This document shows, piece by piece, positions 49,501 through 63,173 of a stretch of 64,000 nucleotides of DNA. Made by a program: the position numbers and the translations under genes. The notes below the pieces were generated by a model, which searched no databases, was not told the DNA's origin, and saw nothing but the letters and a program-made list of their open reading frames with translations. The number at the start of each line of letters is the position of its first letter. Within the stretch, counting starts at the first letter, position 1. Source of the stretch: Takakia lepidozioides. Its lineage: Eukaryota; Plantae; Bryophyta. The stretch is from positions 36,146,001 through 36,210,000 of the forward strand of contig CM060734.1 in NCBI GenBank assembly GCA_030704615.1, read 5' to 3'.

Positions 49501-49609
49501 CAGATCATAGTTCAAGGGAGAGAGACAGTAGATCTATCAGCTATATAGATTTTTTGAGGGAGCAGCGAGACCAATCTGTGATATATTTGCCGTCTTTCAA
49601 TTTAGACAT

Positions 49610-52150
49610 ATGGGCACCGTTAGACTTCCCCTTAGTCTTTTCCTGTGCGGAGTGATCTTCCTCTTGACATGGCCAAAGGCAGTGATGTGCACTCCTCACG
49701 ATGATGTAATGAACGACTTCCTTGCATGGGTGGATCGGGTGGGCAAAGCGTACCAGGCAGAAGTGGCAGCTGGAACTGTCGGAGCTGCGTCAGGAAACCA
49801 AGCAGCTGCTACTAGCAAGGCCGGCGGAGGTTATATTGTTGTTGACCAAGGTGGAGCAGGTAACTACAAGACAGTGCAGGAGGCAGTGAATGCAGCGGGG
49901 GGGGGCGGACGTGTCGTCATTCAAATCAACGCTGGGACTTATGAGTGAGTCGACCCAGTTTCTTCCTTCGTCATCACGAATCATTTCTGTTCATTCTGTC
50001 AATTTCAGGATAAGATTGTGAAAGGGAAAAGAGTAAATTATTGTTATGCTGGGCTTGGACGACGGACACAAGAAGTAATTGTGCATTCAAAGGCAGAGTC
50101 TACAGTGAAATGTCAGGACAGCGGTCTATTAATTATTCACCTACAGTCGATGTTGGTGAATTTGATTCGATTTTCCCATCCTCCTGAGATCGTCTTTCGA
50201 ATTTGAAATCATGAAAAAGCCGAAGATTTCTCAACATTTAGAAACTTAGTTCAGTACTGTAATCTGGACTGTGGTCGGAGCTTGCAGAGAGAAGATCGAT
50301 ATTCCATCGGGAAAGACCATTACATTCCAGGGAAATGGGAACCCTGTGCTTACTTGGGGCGATACTGCAAATACGGCTGGAAGTACGTTCAAGAGCGCCT
50401 CAGTTGCAGTCAATTCTGATGACTTCATTGCAACGGGTGTAACTTTCAAGGTGACTAGAGCTCTGTTGATTGAATTTTCCCCTGGACCTCGGACTGAATA
50501 GTCGAGCCAGCATATGATTCACCATCATAAAGTTGACTGTAGTTTAAGTGGGTCTACAGGAATTACTGGTCTTCTTGGTTGAGTATAACGACCTACCGTG
50601 GATCTAGATCATTGTTTTGGGCGTTGCACTTTCCAAAATCTTCTTGTAGTTCATTTACATATGATCTCTTAATCGATGTCTCTAGCCTTGTGGGAATATC
50701 TGGTGCCTATTCAGTGCCTTGGCCCAATTTTTCGTGTTAGATAATACTAGGGACTTGGCTTCGGTCTGAGGGAAAATTCAGGATTTATCTACATGACAGT
50801 TTAACAAATATATTCAGTTTCTCAGCTGTATGATCTACCACCTGATATTGGTCTAATCGACGTAGCTTCCGTCTTCGGACCATTCCTGATTACGATAGGT
50901 GCATTGAAATTGTGATTTGCATGTAGAATTCAGCGCCAGCCCCACCAGGGGGAGCAGTTGGCCGACAAGCAGTTGCGCTGCGGGTGTCGGGAGATAGAGC
51001 TGCCTTCTACGGTTGCTCAATGTATGGAGCTCAAGACACACTGTACGACCACCAGGGCCGCCACTATTTCAAGAACTGCTACATTCAAGGGTCGATTGAC
51101 TTTATCTTTGGCGATGCCAAGTCTCTATATCAGGTACTGGGCTATGTGTACCTCTGGGCTCCCTTACCTAAACATAGCGCCAGGAAGATCTGCAATTCCT
51201 TCAACTTCTGCTCTTGGGTGGACCAGAAAGACAGATAACAAATTTACCCGCTTGTATTGGTCGTGGCCTAAAATTACGAGTAGCCATCGACTTGTAACAT
51301 TTGATATGTACTGAGTAGAATTTGTATTTAAAAATCTTATGTCTAGGCTAGAATTTTACAAACAGTGTGTTGAATGTTCTTTGCGATCAGCGCTCAGCAT
51401 TGAGATGAGGCTTGAGCACATGTACATTGAGTAAGTCAACTTTCTAATGAAAGCTGCAATTGATCTGCTGAATGGCTGCAGGGTTGTACACTCAACTCAA
51501 TCGCCAGTGGAAGTGGATCACTGACTGCACAGAATAGAGGAAGTGGTTCTGAGGACACAGGATTCTCCTTCGTGGGCTGCACAGTTACAGGTTCTGGTCC
51601 TGTGTACTTGGGGCGCGCCTGGGGTCCCTACTCCAGAGTAGTCTTCGCCAACACGTATATTGGCAACCTCATCTACCCGGCAGGCTGGTTTAATTGGGGG
51701 GACAGTAGCAGAGAAAAGTGAGTATCACATCATCTTTGATCATGACTTCAAATAAGTGCATTGGTTTGCATGATCAGTACATGAAGTTCATTGTCCTCAG
51801 CATGCAGGTTGCAACAGCACGCTCCATACGTAGCGCTTTTTTGGGATGCTGTACAGTGCTGCTGCTTTCTCTTTCCTCTACACTCCACATCGAAGCCCTC
51901 TCGTCACCGATAATGTTCATCTTAGAATGCTCTTAATTGGTCTGTACATAGGATCTACCGTAAATAACTGACCTGGTGTACGGTGTTTGTGGACCCTTTC
52001 AGCACGGTGTTCTACGGACAGTACCAATGCTCCGGCCCTGGTGCAAGTGAGAGCGGGCGTGTCGCTTGGTCTCACGAGCTGTCGGCTTCGCAGGCTGCGC
52101 CTTTCATGGACGTCAGCTTCGTTAATGGTAACCAATGGCTTCAATCATGA
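49610..52150 (+). CDS. PME: Pectin methylesterase (no PMEI pro-domain), 362 aa, signal peptide; exons 49610-49944, 50288-50450, 50927-51133, 51482-51717, 52003-52150
   Basis: GT-AG introns with consistent phases (1089 nt total, no internal stops). Motifs [51 protein letters not shown]. Hydrophobic N-terminus. Confidence 0.95.
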
Positions 52151-55100
52151 TTTGTTGACCCAATTGCTAGTGCGTAGATCCAGCCGTCTCGCACACCAAA
52201 GCAGGCCCTACCGGAGGCATCAGGTAAAGGCATGGGTGGCCGCAGAGAATTTCTATAAGCGTCGACAAGTAAAGGTAACTATATAGGATAACGTGTTGTG
52301 TCAAAGTTGCGTCTTAGTACTTGCCCAACCAAGTTGTATGTGCCTCCGATAGATATCCGTAAGTAGGTGCGCGGTTCTAAGTTCTGCTGGTCCTCGACAG
52401 CCGATACAACAGCCTCGAATCTAGAAGTTCTGGATTCGTGAAGCTGAAACTGTAAAGATTTATTGTACCCTGCTATGTATACATCAATAAAGCGAGCCAA
52501 CTGGTATTTGAAGTAACGTGCTGCGTGATAGTTCCGCTGTGAGGTTGGCCTGGATTTAATGGCTTTGACAATGGCCGTAGATAGCAGCTCGGATTACTTG
52601 TGATGTTTTCAACTGTTCAAAACATGTACATAGTACATACCCCTTAACCAGTTAGAACGCGCTGATAGGTCGTCTCAGAGTGGCAGCTGGGCAATGGATC
52701 ATGATTGAAGCCATTGATTACTGATGATGGAGGGTTGTCCGAGAGAGGCAGAGTCTGTTGTGCCATGAGGTTGTGAGACCAGGCGATGCGCCCGTGCTCA
52801 TACAGTTCTTTTGCATTTTCACAGCGGCTTCTTCTAGTATACAAGTGTTGGAGCTTGAACTTCCTCACCCTGACTGTCGGTGTGTTTCTTTGGAATACCT
52901 TGTATTTGCGTGTTTGGTTGAAGTGGAAGGATTAAACAGCAGGAAACGGTAATTGGGGGGACGGAAGAAGGGAGAAAACCGGGTGGGGGGGGCGGGGGGT
53001 TTGGTTCGCATTTGGAAGGGAGGAGGGGGTTCAAGAAGGGAGTAATAGCTCCGGCCAGGGCACAGGGAGTATCATCAACCCAGTGTTCGTCAGAAATGAT
53101 CTTTTCTTTCATTTGTCTTGGATTGGCCTGCCAGGGTTTTTCTTTCTTTCTTTTTCCTTCTGCTCAAGAGGGTAGTAAACTCATCCAAAACACTTTGGTA
53201 CTGCTCATTGCATGCTAATTTGGTGGTGATTTAAGGATGAGTCACGGCGCTCCCTTCCCCAGCACTTTTCTTTAGAGAGCTCGTTTCAGTATTGTCTACT
53301 ATAGGACGTTCATTGCTTTAGAGGGATAATTCATGTCTGTAGAATCAGAGAGTTCCTACAGACATGAGGGAAGAATGTGGCAATCTTAGCACAGCTGTGT
53401 CTTGCATCTCATCTTGTTAGTCACGCTATCCAGACAAGGGAAACAGACAATGATACCATTCGTCCTGATACCTAAATCTATTGGTGTTGAGTGGAGGAGG
53501 TGTAGGCACAAACAGTTGTAAGCTTCCCTTGTCTTGTGTCTCATGGCCTCAGTAAGACCACTGTCTGGTTTATTCACTTTTCTTCCTTTCTCCACAGTAG
53601 TTACTTTTGGGCTGTTTTTAGGCTCTGGTTTTGTTTCCTCTCTCTTGTTTTTCCCATTTTGTCCCATAAGCTCTTTGAGCTTTCCGCGGACGTTATAAAG
53701 TAACTTTCATTTCCTTTCTCCACATGCAAGTGTTGCAGTACTCTTAGAGCCCTTTTGACATGACCCAATGTGCAGCAGAATCATCTAACCCATTCAAATG
53801 TTATAGCAATAGCAATTAGCAAGCTTTATTGTGGATCTTGTCTATAAAAAGGATGCCATCAGTCTAGGGAAGAGAAGGACAGGCGACATCAGATGACAAA
53901 ATATGGTGGCATGTATAGCAGCAATCCTTCAAATACTCCATATGTCCTCTCATTTTGTTACTCCGATACATGATTTATATGCGAATAAGGTCCCTCATTT
54001 GATGACTACACATCCCCTGATCGCCCATACATAACTGACACCAAACACCAAAATAATTGACACTATTATAATACACATTGGGTTAGATTGTATACTCCTA
54101 GAAAATCTCGGGTCAAATTTTGGTCAGGGACAGCTTTCTATTCAGAGCATGTATGTACACCAAAGATTCTTGTGAAAGACAATCCTTACCCCCTGAAGGT
54201 GTGCCAGCTCGGTTTTACTTGGTCGCTGTCACAACATGAACAGTCTTCTCATAGTTATCCGGGGCAAGCATTCCAGTTACTTTAGTAAGTCTTTTCAAAG
54301 GGCATGAGAAAGAGAGAGGGAGGAGTGTAATGTTCAATTTTTGAGGAGCAGATACAGGTTTCGTGGTGGGTTTTCCTCAGGAGGATGCAAAAAGACAGGA
54401 AGAAGCAGTCAAGAATTGGTACACGGTGTGAAGACCCCACATGTCACAACTTCTAAGCCATTTTTAGTTGCTTCTCCCTATGTTGTTACTCCGTTGCAAG
54501 GATGGCCATCTATTTTCAACCAAAGAGAAAGAGAGACAGCAGCACAGAGGGCAACGTACAAAGCTGCCCTTTTGTACACACCGGCTTGAGGTCACGTGAC
54601 TACGTCACGTATCTGACCTGCAGAGGTGAGTAGGGTACAGAGAATTGAGAGCCAGAGATGTAGTAAGAGGCAAATATTCAGTTTGAAGGCTGACATGAGG
54701 AAATGAACATTGCCTAGTCCAGGTCTTTGCTTGCATTATGTATGTTATGTGTGATAGCCACTATGGTTGGAATACAACCTGTATGAGCGTATAAACTACC
54801 ACTTGAGGCAACATTGAAACCATTGCTTTGATGTGCAAATGCACGGTCCTGAACTCCATATTCCATACCCTTTAACCAGCTTGTCATTGGCTGTGCCCAA
54901 GCACTACTCCAATTTCAGACTGATACACAGCTGAACCCGTGACTGGCTCTGGGAGGGTTGATCTAAATATGCTCAATGGGACGTTAACTCAGATTGAAGA
55001 CATAATGGATGAAAGATGGATAAGGTGAACTGAAGGTACAAACTCGTACATGGAGCAAGTAGCCAAGCCAATCGTTGTAATCTAGTACTTCCTTCCATTG

Positions 55101-58074
55101 CTTCCCCGCACTTATCTGCACCACAGTAGACACACTTATTGTGTGCCACTTCTGTGTGGACAAGAGGGCTATCTTGGTTCACCAACTTTGAAAGACTCAA
55201 GGCTGAGCCAAAAGCCCAGGCCCTTTTGGGACCTAGTTATTGGGCATGCATACACAGCAGATTGATGTTGTGTCGAGGGATTTCTAGAGGATATCTGGAA
55301 AACTCAGATTAATTCTGGTAAGTCATAAACAGGCGTCAGCCCCTGACAAAGGTAAGTTTCTGTCCCTTTGTGTTCCGCTCAAACTGAGCGCGGGGTCAAT
55401 GGCCACAAGGCTACGGCAAACTAGGTCTTATGAGTACAATCTTTTTCCTTGGTTTGTTGTATTGTAGTCACGTTGGCATCCTGGTTCTATTTTTCGTTGT
55501 TTCAAGATGTGCATTCTTGTTTGTGTCTGCAGCTGCTGGCAATAACTGGGAAGGGGGATGAAATTTGTGGGGCTGTGCTGAGTGTGAGGAGACAAGGAGA
55601 CAAGGAGACAAGATTGCCATGGGGACCAAGACAGCATCCAATGAAGCTACCCTGGTTGGCAGTTGACCTCTGACTGAGTTGGTGACTAGCTAAGCAGCCA
55701 CGTTTTCATGTGTTTCATTTGTCACTGGGTGTGTGGAATTTGATCTTCAGGTGTTACAGCCAGATTACAGTTGTATGTGTCCTTAGGGGGGTCCAGTTTC
55801 TCTTGATTGTGGTTTATAAAGCTTATTTATAACAATTGTTGGCTGGGTGACGGGTCTCAAATAGACACTGCTTTCATTCTTCTGGTATGTCAAGAGGTTT
55901 GTTTTGCTGATGCTCCATCGTGTTCAAGATACAGCAAACCACTTCGTAACTTGAAGGCTTGTCATCAGCAGATGTTAACGATGTTTGTGAAATCCACATT
56001 TAAGTGCTGGTGTATTTCCACATCACCTACAGGAAGACATTTTAATTGGTGGTCACTTTGAAAATCACTGAGAAACAACATAGCCCTCTTGTCCACACAA
56101 CGGGCAATTGCAATCCCTCTTTCCTCTCTGCTTTGCTGTTCAAAGGTAGGCTTCCCGCCCTGAGTTTAAATTTAAGTGGAGTGCGAGCGTGGGTAAACCG
56201 TTGAGGTCATCCATGATATCCTCTCCCATGTCACAGACTGGAAACAAGTTCAGGGAAGTTTTCTGCCTAACTTCATTTTAATCAGACAATTTCCTGGACC
56301 CCACACATGGGTTTGGACACAGCCTCTAAGTCAGATTGATCAAGCAGGGTCAAGACTTGCGGGCTCAGATTCAGATCCTTGAGAATCTCTTTAATACTCT
56401 CTTCCGCCCAGACTTAGCCTGTTTGACAAGGAAAAGAGAGGGGGATGGAGAAGAGAGGAAGGCTAACAGAAAGAGGAAAAGGACGATATCGCAGCCTGCA
56501 TCAATTACCAAGGGCATCTTATCAACCTCTCTCAAATCATGAAAAGGTGGTGCGAAGGATGCTTGAGGGAAATTTTCAGACAATTGCTTGAAAAATGTCA
56601 AACAAGAGCAGAAGAAGAATCCTCGCCCAGTTATGTGACCAGGGAAGACTTGGAAGCCTTCAGGCACCCAATTTGGTAAGGCAACACACTCACCCACAAG
56701 CTCTGTGTACATCTCCCACTGCAAAACGAAGGTGGTAAAACCTTTTGTCAATTCACAATCTGTGGAAAAGAGAGAAGGGATGGCAGCTGGAGCCAACAAC
56801 CACCCCATATGTCCAAGGACGGTGGAGGAGCGAGTTATATGACGGACAGCTCTTGATCCCTTCACAAAGAGATAGCTACACCAAAACTCTTGGCGCTGAA
56901 GCTCTCCTGGATCTCAACAAAGATTCCTCATGGATAGTAGGCAGAGATGACTGTGGGCAGTGGTTGCCAAAAGGTGACATACATTGGGTTGACTTTGATG
57001 CGTAAGCGACATCTCCAGTGTGAAGTTGCATTGTATTACAAAGCAGAAGGCCAGTCGAAACCTACAGTGTGGAGCCAGAAAGTGTCGAAGGCGTCCTTGC
57101 CTATGGAATGTCAAAAGGGCCATGCTTCCTCTTTCAGTTATGCACCCATGACCACTGGATAGATGCCGGTTGCCACTGGAAAGATGCCGGCTACCACTGG
57201 TTACCGTGGGAGGACAGCGGCCTTGCGTGACCGTACTTTATATCAAGTATTTATACGAATATTGAGTAAATTTATACGAGAATTTCATACATTCCAAATG
57301 TTTTTGTAGAATGCCCGGTTCATCGCGCGGGCAGGGTTCTCTCGAGGAAGGGGAAACAAGACTGAAGACGAACTAGGGCAAGAGGAATTCCATACACCAT
57401 AGAACAAGCGCACCATAGATTTTTGTGTTCTTAATGCTAAGATCTATTTTTTCTTTGAAGGTGGTCATTTTGGATGTAATAGTAGAGCTGATTATAGAAG
57501 GTATGTAGGTCTGGGTCTGAAGAGAAATCCACATTTACCCTTTTCCAATTTATCCTCCAATAATATATTTGGCCCCAAGTAAAGGGTGTATAGAAATGAT
57601 TTACACTTCATACATGTAAGGGCAAGTACGGTATAAATCACAGTATTTATCCATATGAAGGTTAAAGGATAAGGATAAATGAGGAGGGTACATCCGGGTA
57701 TATCATTTAACCTTACACTGATTTATCCTCAGAGTGAATCCAGGTAAATGACATATCCGCACAACATTGGTTATAACGTAATAATAACCCGGATGTGTGG
57801 TGATGGCCATCAATCGTGATAACTTATCGCTTTTGGTGTATGCACGGTATTTGAGATGCAGTTGGCAGCAAAGGATCATGGTTCAGTTTTCTGTATGTTT
57901 GTACCTGATTTGAGTATGATCCTGGATGGAGCAATATATCCAAATATATATATATATATATATATACAAAAATTGCTCAGTAGGGAATCGGCAGCTTTCC
58001 CTTCTTGCAGAAATGTTTGCAAGATCAAAATAGCATTGTATGGTTGTCTTGAATCATGTAGTTATGCAAACGTC

Positions 58075-58223
58075 TAACCATGTAGTCTCTCACATGACTA
58101 TGTAGTCATCTGAACGACTACGTACATCCCAATTTGGTCTATCAATATAAAGAAGTCATGGTGAAAGTCAAGAAAATTAAACCATGACTGCCGCATGTTG
58201 AACTATCGCGATATGTTGTAGTG
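58075..58223. mobile_element. Orphan CACTA right terminus
   Basis: ATGACT/AGTCAT motifs ending in TGTTGTAGTG at 58214-58223; matching left end not found. Confidence 0.45.
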
Positions 58224-58239
58224 TGTACACACAATAATG

Positions 58240-60170
58240 AGCAGACTACACTCGAAACCTCATACTCATTCATATCCGCTACCGTTACATGCGGATAGCT
58301 CTCCCGCGCATGACTTCATAAAAGCCCTAAACTACCATAAAGCAATCATGGGTCACGCATGACCTTCTTTACTATCAAGAACAAGCAGTACTTATAATGT
58401 AGTGTCCAACGTGAACTTCACATGTTTAAACTCACATTGTCATGCACGTTTGGAACTCCTGCTGTACAACTTTGATCTTTGCGATGTTCTTATCTCTTAT
58501 AAGTTTCTCGTAGGTAGTGAGGAGAGCACTATCCACAACACCTCGCTTCACCATCGTCGACTGTACATATGCAAGCTGCAAAAGGAAATGTGAAAATATG
58601 TGTTCGTTGGTATGTATAATGTACATATAATGTCAAGAACTAGAACCCATACTACAAGGTTAACATTTTTTAATGTATAGATGAGGAGTTTGAACTGTGT
58701 ACGTCCACATCACGTTGATCGACTGAAAAGAATAGATGTTAAGTTATGGAGGAAGCCATGGCCATAGTCCATGGAGAGTACAGGAAAATACGATACAACT
58801 GCTGTATATGTCATGAAGACAAATGACAGTTAAGATACACAACAAAGCAATACCTTCTTCACTATGAAAGGGACCCCAACCTTTGGTACTCCTGAAAGTA
58901 TCTCATTTCAATTTATGAAAGTAGAGTGCTTTCTTGAACAACACTCCCACCACAATCTTATCTCTTGTCTTATAGCTTATTTCAAACGTTACCAACCTAC
59001 TGGAACAGAGAGAGCAGCAACCTTACCTCCTCCTTCCCTCTCTGCATTTGTTTATTCACTTGACAAATCAAAGAAAAAATGACCCAAAACACCATTGTTC
59101 AAAAATTCATCATCATTGGTCCTGCCTGCAGGTTGTCCGATCCCTTGTTCATTTCCATCACACCTTCAGCCAGCGGCTCCTCTGAACTATTCATGAGCCT
59201 CTGCCTGCCTAATCGTAGCCAAGTAATCATAGAATTACGTAGCATGCAAGAAATGAAAGTAGATTGGAAAATTAACATTTAAGCAGTAGGAATATGGAGT
59301 GCGGGCCGAGCACTCGGATAGCTACCTTTGGAACCCAAGTGGAGCAGTACACGACCCTCAGCACCTTGTGTGACTGCAACTTGTAGACTTCCAAAGCCAG
59401 CCACTACCAGCCGTCAGCTTTCTTAAGCCAAAAACTTGCGCAGACAGCCTCTCTCCACGTGCGCGACAACACAGCCGAGACCGAATAATCACTCAGATTC
59501 TCAAAAACACTCGAACGAACCACACGTTGTGATGCAAAGGTAGTACCTATACTTAAGATCACTAAATCAGATGACTGCACAATCAAGGCCTCACCTCTGA
59601 AACCATCAATAAATTGGGAATAAGTAGGTGCTAATACGCAAGGTCGGAGATGAAATCGCAACGTCCTCAAAATCAGAGCTCCCGTGCCTTGTAATATAAA
59701 CGACAACCAACTTCGCCCCACTAGACTAGGGCCATGGTGAAGCTCCGCACTTCGAACACCAAAGAGAGACATATAGAGACCTAGTTCCAGCCATTCTCGG
59801 TGATGCAGGAAGCGTGACTTAATCGCTTCGGACGGCAAGCGTTCAGCGTTGCGCAATTCAAATTCTTTCTTAGCAAGTTGTTTTGCTCTAGACACCACCA
59901 CACTAGGCTCAAGCGAAGGTCTTGCAAACATGAATTCGTGATGACTGGTCAACGCAGCAATGTCTTCTACAACAGCCTTTCTATGCGTTCAAACCAAAGC
60001 TGATCATCATCACATATTTTACACAACATCATCTACTTCTTGTGATAGCTGAATATCCCTTTCCAACTCTGCTGTTTGCTGCCTACTCTCAAAGTCCTCA
60101 AGTCCAGGGTCAATAAAGTTGTAGTACTCCGGATCGCAACTATCTAGAGAACTATTAGACATTTTAGACC
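58240..60170 (-). pseudogene. Degenerate multi-exon gene of unknown family, probably a DNA-transposon accessory gene
   Basis: Long exon-like stretch ('DPEYYNFIDPGLEDFESRQQTAELERDI...' plus ORF 59404..59952) and short AG..GT-bounded exon-like blocks (e.g. ~58438-58574). Adjacent to the repeat array at 60430-61130. Confidence 0.35.
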
Positions 60171-60429
60171 TTGGCGACCGGCACTGGTACTACTGTTCTT
60201 CCACCCACAACAAGACTGGAGATATTTAACAAATGGACAGTACCCGCATGATAGGGAAAAAGTAGGAAGGGTGGGAAAGGGAAAGATAACAACACTCTGT
60301 TCCCAGCCCCCTGCCCTCCTTCCCAACCCTCTGCCATCTCTTTTTATATCTGCTTAGACTAGTATACAGGAATTAGGGATTAAGGTCATGAAAAATATAA
60401 CACACACCGCTGTTTTGTATATATTGAGC

Positions 60430-61130
60430 ATTCAAATGATTCGGTCCCGAATTTTCAAGAATTGTTTTAATAAATCGGGATAGCTAGAGCTGGTGGTCCC
60501 GATATAGAAAAATATATCTAATAAAATAGGAATGCCAGCTCTGGCAGTCTCGAACGTTTTTTTTTTTCAATCTGGATATAGTCGACACGGCCAGCTTTTA
60601 TTTTTTATTTTTTTCAGATAAAATCGGGACCGCCAGAGCTGGCGGTCCCGGTTTTTTTCTTTTTTGTTCTGAAATTGAATTCGGGATCGCCAATATTGAT
60701 GGTCACTTGTATTTCAGAAGATTGAAAAGACAAGCGACCGTCAATATTAGAGGTCGTAAGCATTGAAAAAATATATTTATTTTTCTTAAGAATATGTGTG
60801 ACCGTCAATATCGGCGGTCGCATGCATTGAAAAAAAAAATGAAAAAACATGTGACCGCCAATATTGGCGCGGTCATACTCTAAAAAAGAAAAAACAGAAA
60901 AAATATGTGACCCCCAATATTGGTGCTCGCACGTATTTTTTTTAAAATAAAATAAAAATATGATCTCAGTATTGGCGGTTGCACGTATTTAAAAAAATTA
61001 AAAATAACAGTCGTATGCATTTATAAATAAAATTGAATGCTGTGATCGCCAATATTGGTGGTCGCATGCATTTGTTTTTAAAAAAAAATGCTGCAACTGC
61101 CAATATTGGTGGTCGCAGTCATTTAAAAAT
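60430..61130. repeat. Array of palindromic motifs (GACCGCCAATATTGGCGGTCGC / GGGACCGCCAGAGCTGGCGGTCCC), transposon-subterminal-like
   Basis: More than 10 degenerate copies separated by A/T tracts. Confidence 0.7.
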
Positions 61131-61647
61131 AAAAATAAATATAGCGACGTGACTGCTGAAGTGTCACATTGTTATCTTCAATTTTTATTACTAATATATC
61201 CGCAAATATAACGTGACGTAGATCGCATCAGCGTCCAGTATGACGCGACCTAATGTGACGCGACCAACGTGACGCTAATAACTACGCCCCACATCGTAAG
61301 ACCTAGAATTTTGACTCTGAGCCACCTCAAATTACCAACTTCTGAGGAAAAAGTGAGAGATGCGTGCACCTTCGATTCTCGAAGGTGAAGGCTTTGAGCG
61401 TTGTGTAGACGTTTTTTTTTTGGTTCCCAATTACATCATCTCTACTTACTATTCATTGACATCCACTGTTGCATTATGTTCGGCGCTGTGATTATGATCA
61501 TCGTTTGAGTCAGGCTCATAATCCCCACTTGTCGTCTTTTCACTATTCCTACTCCCCTCTTGCGATGGAGCCTCTTTATCGTTTGTATCATCTCCCAAAT
61601 CTATCATTGTCCATTGTGGTGAAGAGACACCATAATTTATGATCCTA

Positions 61648-62112
61648 AAGTTAATTAAATACAATGTGAAACTAACTAGAATAAATCTAGTTATTTATTT
61701 TTAATACTTGAAATTAGTTAAGTGCTAAATCAGGTGTCAAGATCTAAACTTGATATCTGGAAGATCTTATCTTCACTCTCATGGGTCGTGCGGCTCATCT
61801 CTCTCGAGTGATTAATGAAACTAAAAAATCACTTATATTTGGTTAAGCCCGGGGCATCCCACGCTATGGGGAATCCACCCCACAACAACCTACTCTCATC
61901 AGTGCACTCACACACTCGCACATAGATTCGCGGTCATGGAGGCTCAACTAGGGGGAGAGATGAGCCACGCGACCGACGAGAGTGAAGATAAGATCTTTCA
62001 GATGTCAAGTTTAGATCTTGACACCTGATTTAATACTTGAACTAATTTCAAGTGTTAAATACAAATAACTAGATTTATTCTAGTTAAATTTACATTACGT
62101 TTAATTTAACTT
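61648..62112. repeat. Long inverted repeat (~160 bp arms: 61648-61806 and 61955-62112); foldback or MULE-like element
   Basis: Arm 1 'actagaataaatctagttattt..aaatcaggtgtcaagatctaaacttga..aagatcttatcttcactctc..ggctcatctctc' is the reverse complement of arm 2, with scattered mismatches. Confidence 0.85.
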
Positions 62113-63173
62113 GGAAAGCGATGTAGTTGTATTGCGATATGTATGCGCACAACATTCCCTTCGGGAGGTATATATATATATATATATCTCATTGAAGTCA
62201 ATCTCAAGCGTCGACGGGAGACCTGTTGTGTTTAACTAACTCCTTACGCGCTTTCACTGCTTTGGGTGGGTCTTTGTAGGGTTGTCGAAGGAAAGCAAGG
62301 ACTAGCAACACAAGATTTAGAGAAAAAAAAACTTCTGATGAACTTCAACAATGAATCCAACGATGAACATTGTCCTCATCTACAGATCTGACACGTGGGT
62401 TTTTAAGAAAAAATTGAATCACTATATTAGTAGTTAACAATTACTTTAGAATGAGAATTATTTTAATTTGAAAATAGGGTTTCATAATAATAATGTTGTT
62501 CCCAGCTCTTCTAAGAGAAAATCGAGATGGAGCTGATCTGTCATAGATGTACGATTGCAAGATGTGAGACAAGGATTAGCAAAACTTCAACATGCTGTGG
62601 AGTGGAACGGAGTGGAATTAAGGAGCAGAATGGAATGGAGGAGTGCAAGACTTGCATGATTATTAGCATTTCATTGATATTCTAATCTGAATGTAGTCTC
62701 GTTCATCAATACTATTAGAGTTGTAGATAACATTATTCAATATATATTATTACTTGTTCAGTTGTGATTAATAATACTAGATAAATGTTCTAACTATATC
62801 AGACAAGGCTCGCATGGCTCCCAAAACTTCCAAGCACACAAAGTACTGATAAAAATGCATACCACTGAAGGTCATAAATAGGGTGCGCAATCACTAAGCA
62901 GACCTTTTAAGGTGCTTAATGCGCGCGCAGTTGCTAATGTGCGAAAAGTTCTACGTCCGCGAAAATGGCTGCATATTGCATATATGAACTCATGTCACCC
63001 ACCATTTTTTGGAAGTAAGGTGTTGATTCAGATATTTCATAACATGGCTCGCGTGATATTTGCCATAATGCGCACAATTTCCATTTATCTCCGATAGGCC
63101 ACGTGCAATATTTTGTCATACAACTGATGAACACCAACCTCCCGCTATAATGTAGGCAAGTGTGACATAAGCT

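Noticed and set aside
52900-57200. Genes or an LTR element in this interval (e.g. ORFs 56371..56865, 56745..57005)
   Set aside because: No recognisable domain motifs, termini or consistent exon structure; probably old repeat-derived DNA, left unannotated.
60430-61130. CRISPR-like spaced palindromes
   Set aside because: Repeats are degenerate and the spacers are low-complexity A/T tracts of variable length; fits transposon subterminal repeats better.
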